Below, in pieces: positions 61,031-64,000 of a DNA stretch of 64,000 bases (positions are counted from its first letter, which is position 1; every line of letters starts with the position of its first letter). A program made the position numbers and the translations under genes. Where the stretch lies: contig NC_058368.1 of assembly GCF_018350175.1 (NCBI RefSeq), forward strand, positions 55,120,001 to 55,184,000, in the 5' to 3' direction. This DNA comes from Felis catus (taxonomy: Eukaryota). Under the pieces are notes generated by a model. The model saw nothing but the letters and a program-made list of their open reading frames with translations, ran no database searches and was not told the origin of the DNA.

Positions 61031-62889
61031 GGTGTGGGGCTTATCTCATATATTTCCTTCTTTTATTTATTTATTTTGCAAACCTAAGTTATTTTAAATG
61101 CAAAATAAGTATTTATTGAATTGATATTTTTACTAAAGCTTCAAACATATATAACACTATATCTTGATATTTTAACCCTAAGTGGAAAATAAAAATATTT
61201 GAAGGGGTTTGGATAGATACACAGAAGACAACAAGATAAAAATAAATGAGAAGCCAGAGGTTCATAAAATTGCAATAGGAAAAGAAAGTTGAAACATGCT
61301 TCATTGATTTCTTTCTGGCTCTATTTATATTTTAAAGCAGTGCTTAAGGTTAATGTGAACTTTCTGTTCATTTGTGGCTTCAGTCTGGGGAAAAAATGCG
61401 AAATTTACTTAGGAAAGAGACTTCACAGATGTTATTTGATAGGTAACTAATGTACATGAACACAATGTATTTGTTGGTTTGCCACACCTTCAGTACGAAA
61501 ATTCTCCCTAATTTGTAGCATTGGCTACTTCCTTTGATTTTCATCAGTCAAATAAACCAAGTATTGGATTTTCATTCCATTAAATTTACCTTAGATCAGA
61601 ATGACTTTTTAATACTTAAGTTGCCCAGTAGTTATTCCTTCCCATCATGAATAATTGATTATTTTTTTATTAATGTTAGTCATTGTCTCAGAATTCTCTG
61701 CACACGTGCTGAGAAATATTTATTAACCATAGAAGAATTTGTTGCTTCTGAAGAAATTTTGTTGCAGAAATCTCCTAATTGGGAAAAAAGAAAATATGGC
61801 CCTATTAGACTCCAACAAAATGATTGTTTTGCAGTTTGTGTTATTTTTCTTTGTGAAATCAGTATTTATTTTGTCATGGAGTAACCATTTTAATAGTAAA
61901 GGATATTGATCAACACATGTTTACTACAATGGAGAAAGGCTACCTATAAAGGATCAGTTACCCATAAGAAATGCCATAAAATCTTGAAGTAATTTTTTTT
62001 CAATAATGTGTGCACTTGAGAGAAAATGGAAGACAGCAACATCATCACTAGTACGGATGCAGCTGTACATTGTGTAGAAGGTGGATAATAGGACAGCACT
62101 TTTTACTTGGATCTATCTACAATTTGGAGTCCAATCAATTATACTTATATCAATAAGCCCTATTCTAACTCTAGCCAGGTCATCCAGGAAAAAAAATATG
62201 TTTAATATGACATGATTTCAATCAAAATCTTGCAAATAGTATGCATGGTTAAGTAGTAAGCCACACTTTACTAAGTTTCATCCTGTTTAAAGAATGCTAT
62301 GTTGAAGTTTACAAAATTTAATATAATTCATAATAAAGGCCTACTGACATGACGTTTGGGAAGTAATAAACTATTTACTATATAATATACTCCATTAAGA
62401 TTCATCAGAAAATCTAGATCTACACCAGTAAAATGGAGTGTTCTAAAGTGATGTAATGCCAAAAATTACAGGGTGTATACAGGCATTTTATGTCATAGAA
62501 AAGAACTTTCTCTGCAATATACAGATGATTTACCAGAAATGTTTTATTGGAAGTAAAATAATTTATCTGGTTGTCACATTTTTTAAAATTCTACCATGAA
62601 TCTAGTGGTTAATTCCTTACAGTGGTCAAAATGCTATGTTCTGACACATATCAAGGTCTTTGCAAATATGATCACATTGTTTGGAATCCTTTGACTTCTC
62701 TCTGCTCTAATATTCCATATATTCCTACAGAAGTGTGTACAAACAAGTGTTTCAGTCTTCAGAGATCCTCTCAGAAAAATCGCCTCCAATGCCAGTGTTA
62801 TCTCTAGTCATTCCTATAAAAGAATGCTTCTATAATATCTTTTTCATATCTTGATCACAGTACTTTAGCACATTCAATGCTTTCTCTCT

Positions 62890-62995
62890 CTCCCCCAAAC
62901 TGAATTGTAATTCCTCTTTGTATCCCAACGTCTACCTGCCTAACAGAGTGCCTAGCACATAATAGAAACTCCCACACGCATATATTGCTAAAAAC
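62890..62995 (+). mobile_element. L2 3' end fragment
   Basis: 'gcctaacagagtgcctagcacataatagaaactc'. Confidence 0.7.
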
Positions 62996-63124
62996 TAGAA
63001 ATTATAGATTAACTTCCATCTACAAGTACTTTACTTTTGTTTCTTTTCATCTTTGGAGCAGTAACGGTTTTACACATTGAAAGCATATCATCACTGCATC
63101 CGTTTTGTATTCCACAATGATATA

Positions 63125-63390
63125 TAATAATAATAGCTAACATTTATCAACTGCATGCTCTGTGACAGGCACTGTGGTTAGCGCTTCACATGGATTAATC
63201 CATTTGATTATCACACACACAAGAAATTTGTGAAGTAGGAAAATGTATTATACCAATTTTGTAAAAGAAAATCAGAGTTTCAGAGCATTAAGTAACTTGG
63301 CCAATGTCAAAAGCTAAATGATTGCATGATAAAATTCCTAAGCTAATTCTTTCTGAATTGGTGACCTGACCTATTTCTCAACCACTACAG
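63125..63390 (-). mobile_element. MIR, near full length
   Basis: 'aataataatagctaacatttat...aggcactgtggttagcgcttcacatggattaa...cagagcattaagtaacttggccaatgtca...aaccactaca'. Confidence 0.88.
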
Positions 63391-64000
63391 CCCAATACTA
63401 CTATTCTCTTCCCTGTCTCCCTCCTTTCCTTTTTATTTTTCTCTTAGTCACTCTCTCTGTTTTTCTGTTTCTCATCCCTGACTTGTACTAAACACTGAAT
63501 GAATTAAACTACTGATCAAATAGATCTTAAGAATAAGTCTTTTCTTTGAGAACATGCAAATCTTTGAAGCAAAGAACAACACACATGTTTAACAATAGCT
63601 GTCTAGGAATGAGAAAAATAAAATAACCAATGTAGCTTTAGTCTTGTGTGGATAAAAGCAACGTATAATATTTCAATAATCTGGAGTTCACTTACTTGCC
63701 AACTCCAAACACAGCTGGACACAGCTAATGAGTGGCAAATGATACATTTAAGAAATGCTCCTGTCTACTTGTAAAGATGTCATAAAATCCAAGGACTAAA
63801 ACTCTTATACTTTACTTATATTTCTTCAGCTTGAAAAGAAAGAACATGCCAGGTTTTAGTCATTACACAAACACACATAGCAATTTGCCTGAATAACTGG
63901 CAAGTTTAAACCTGTCTGATGACGTTGGAGCTACTTATCTATCTTACTTTTATCTCCGTCTTTGTTGTTGACTAGAATAATTTCTCCTTTCATATTGCAT

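Noticed and set aside
1..64000. tRNA, snRNA or rRNA genes, numts, CpG islands
   Set aside because: The tRNA-like A/B boxes all belong to SINE heads. No U-snRNA, rRNA or mitochondrial-like sequence and no CpG island were recognised.

Overview
AT-rich mammalian genomic DNA, almost certainly felid: it carries about 26 tRNA-derived carnivore SINEs (CAN-SINE/SINEC), two of them the young CpG-rich cat-type subfamily. No protein-coding gene, RNA gene or CpG island is recognisable. The supplied ORFs come from SINE or L1 sequence or are chance ORFs. The window looks intronic or intergenic and is dominated by layered transposon fossils. These include two decayed class III (ERV-L) proviruses (about 1.1-5.7 kb on +, 32.2-37.0 kb on -), each split by nested younger insertions, and a back-to-back pair of related solo LTRs with intact TSDs (28.8-30.5 kb). 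There are also several L1, L2, MIR, MaLR, Tigger2a, MER20 and MER5 fragments and microsatellites. The best non-repeat lead is a CpG-retaining block at about 27.5-28.1 kb with a duplicated SOX-OCT-like composite motif, a perfect octamer and an E-box. A few splice-site-bounded candidate exons are unverified. I found no convincing new biological system. Repeat family names come from remembered consensus sequences, not a database search, and boundaries of old elements are approximate.
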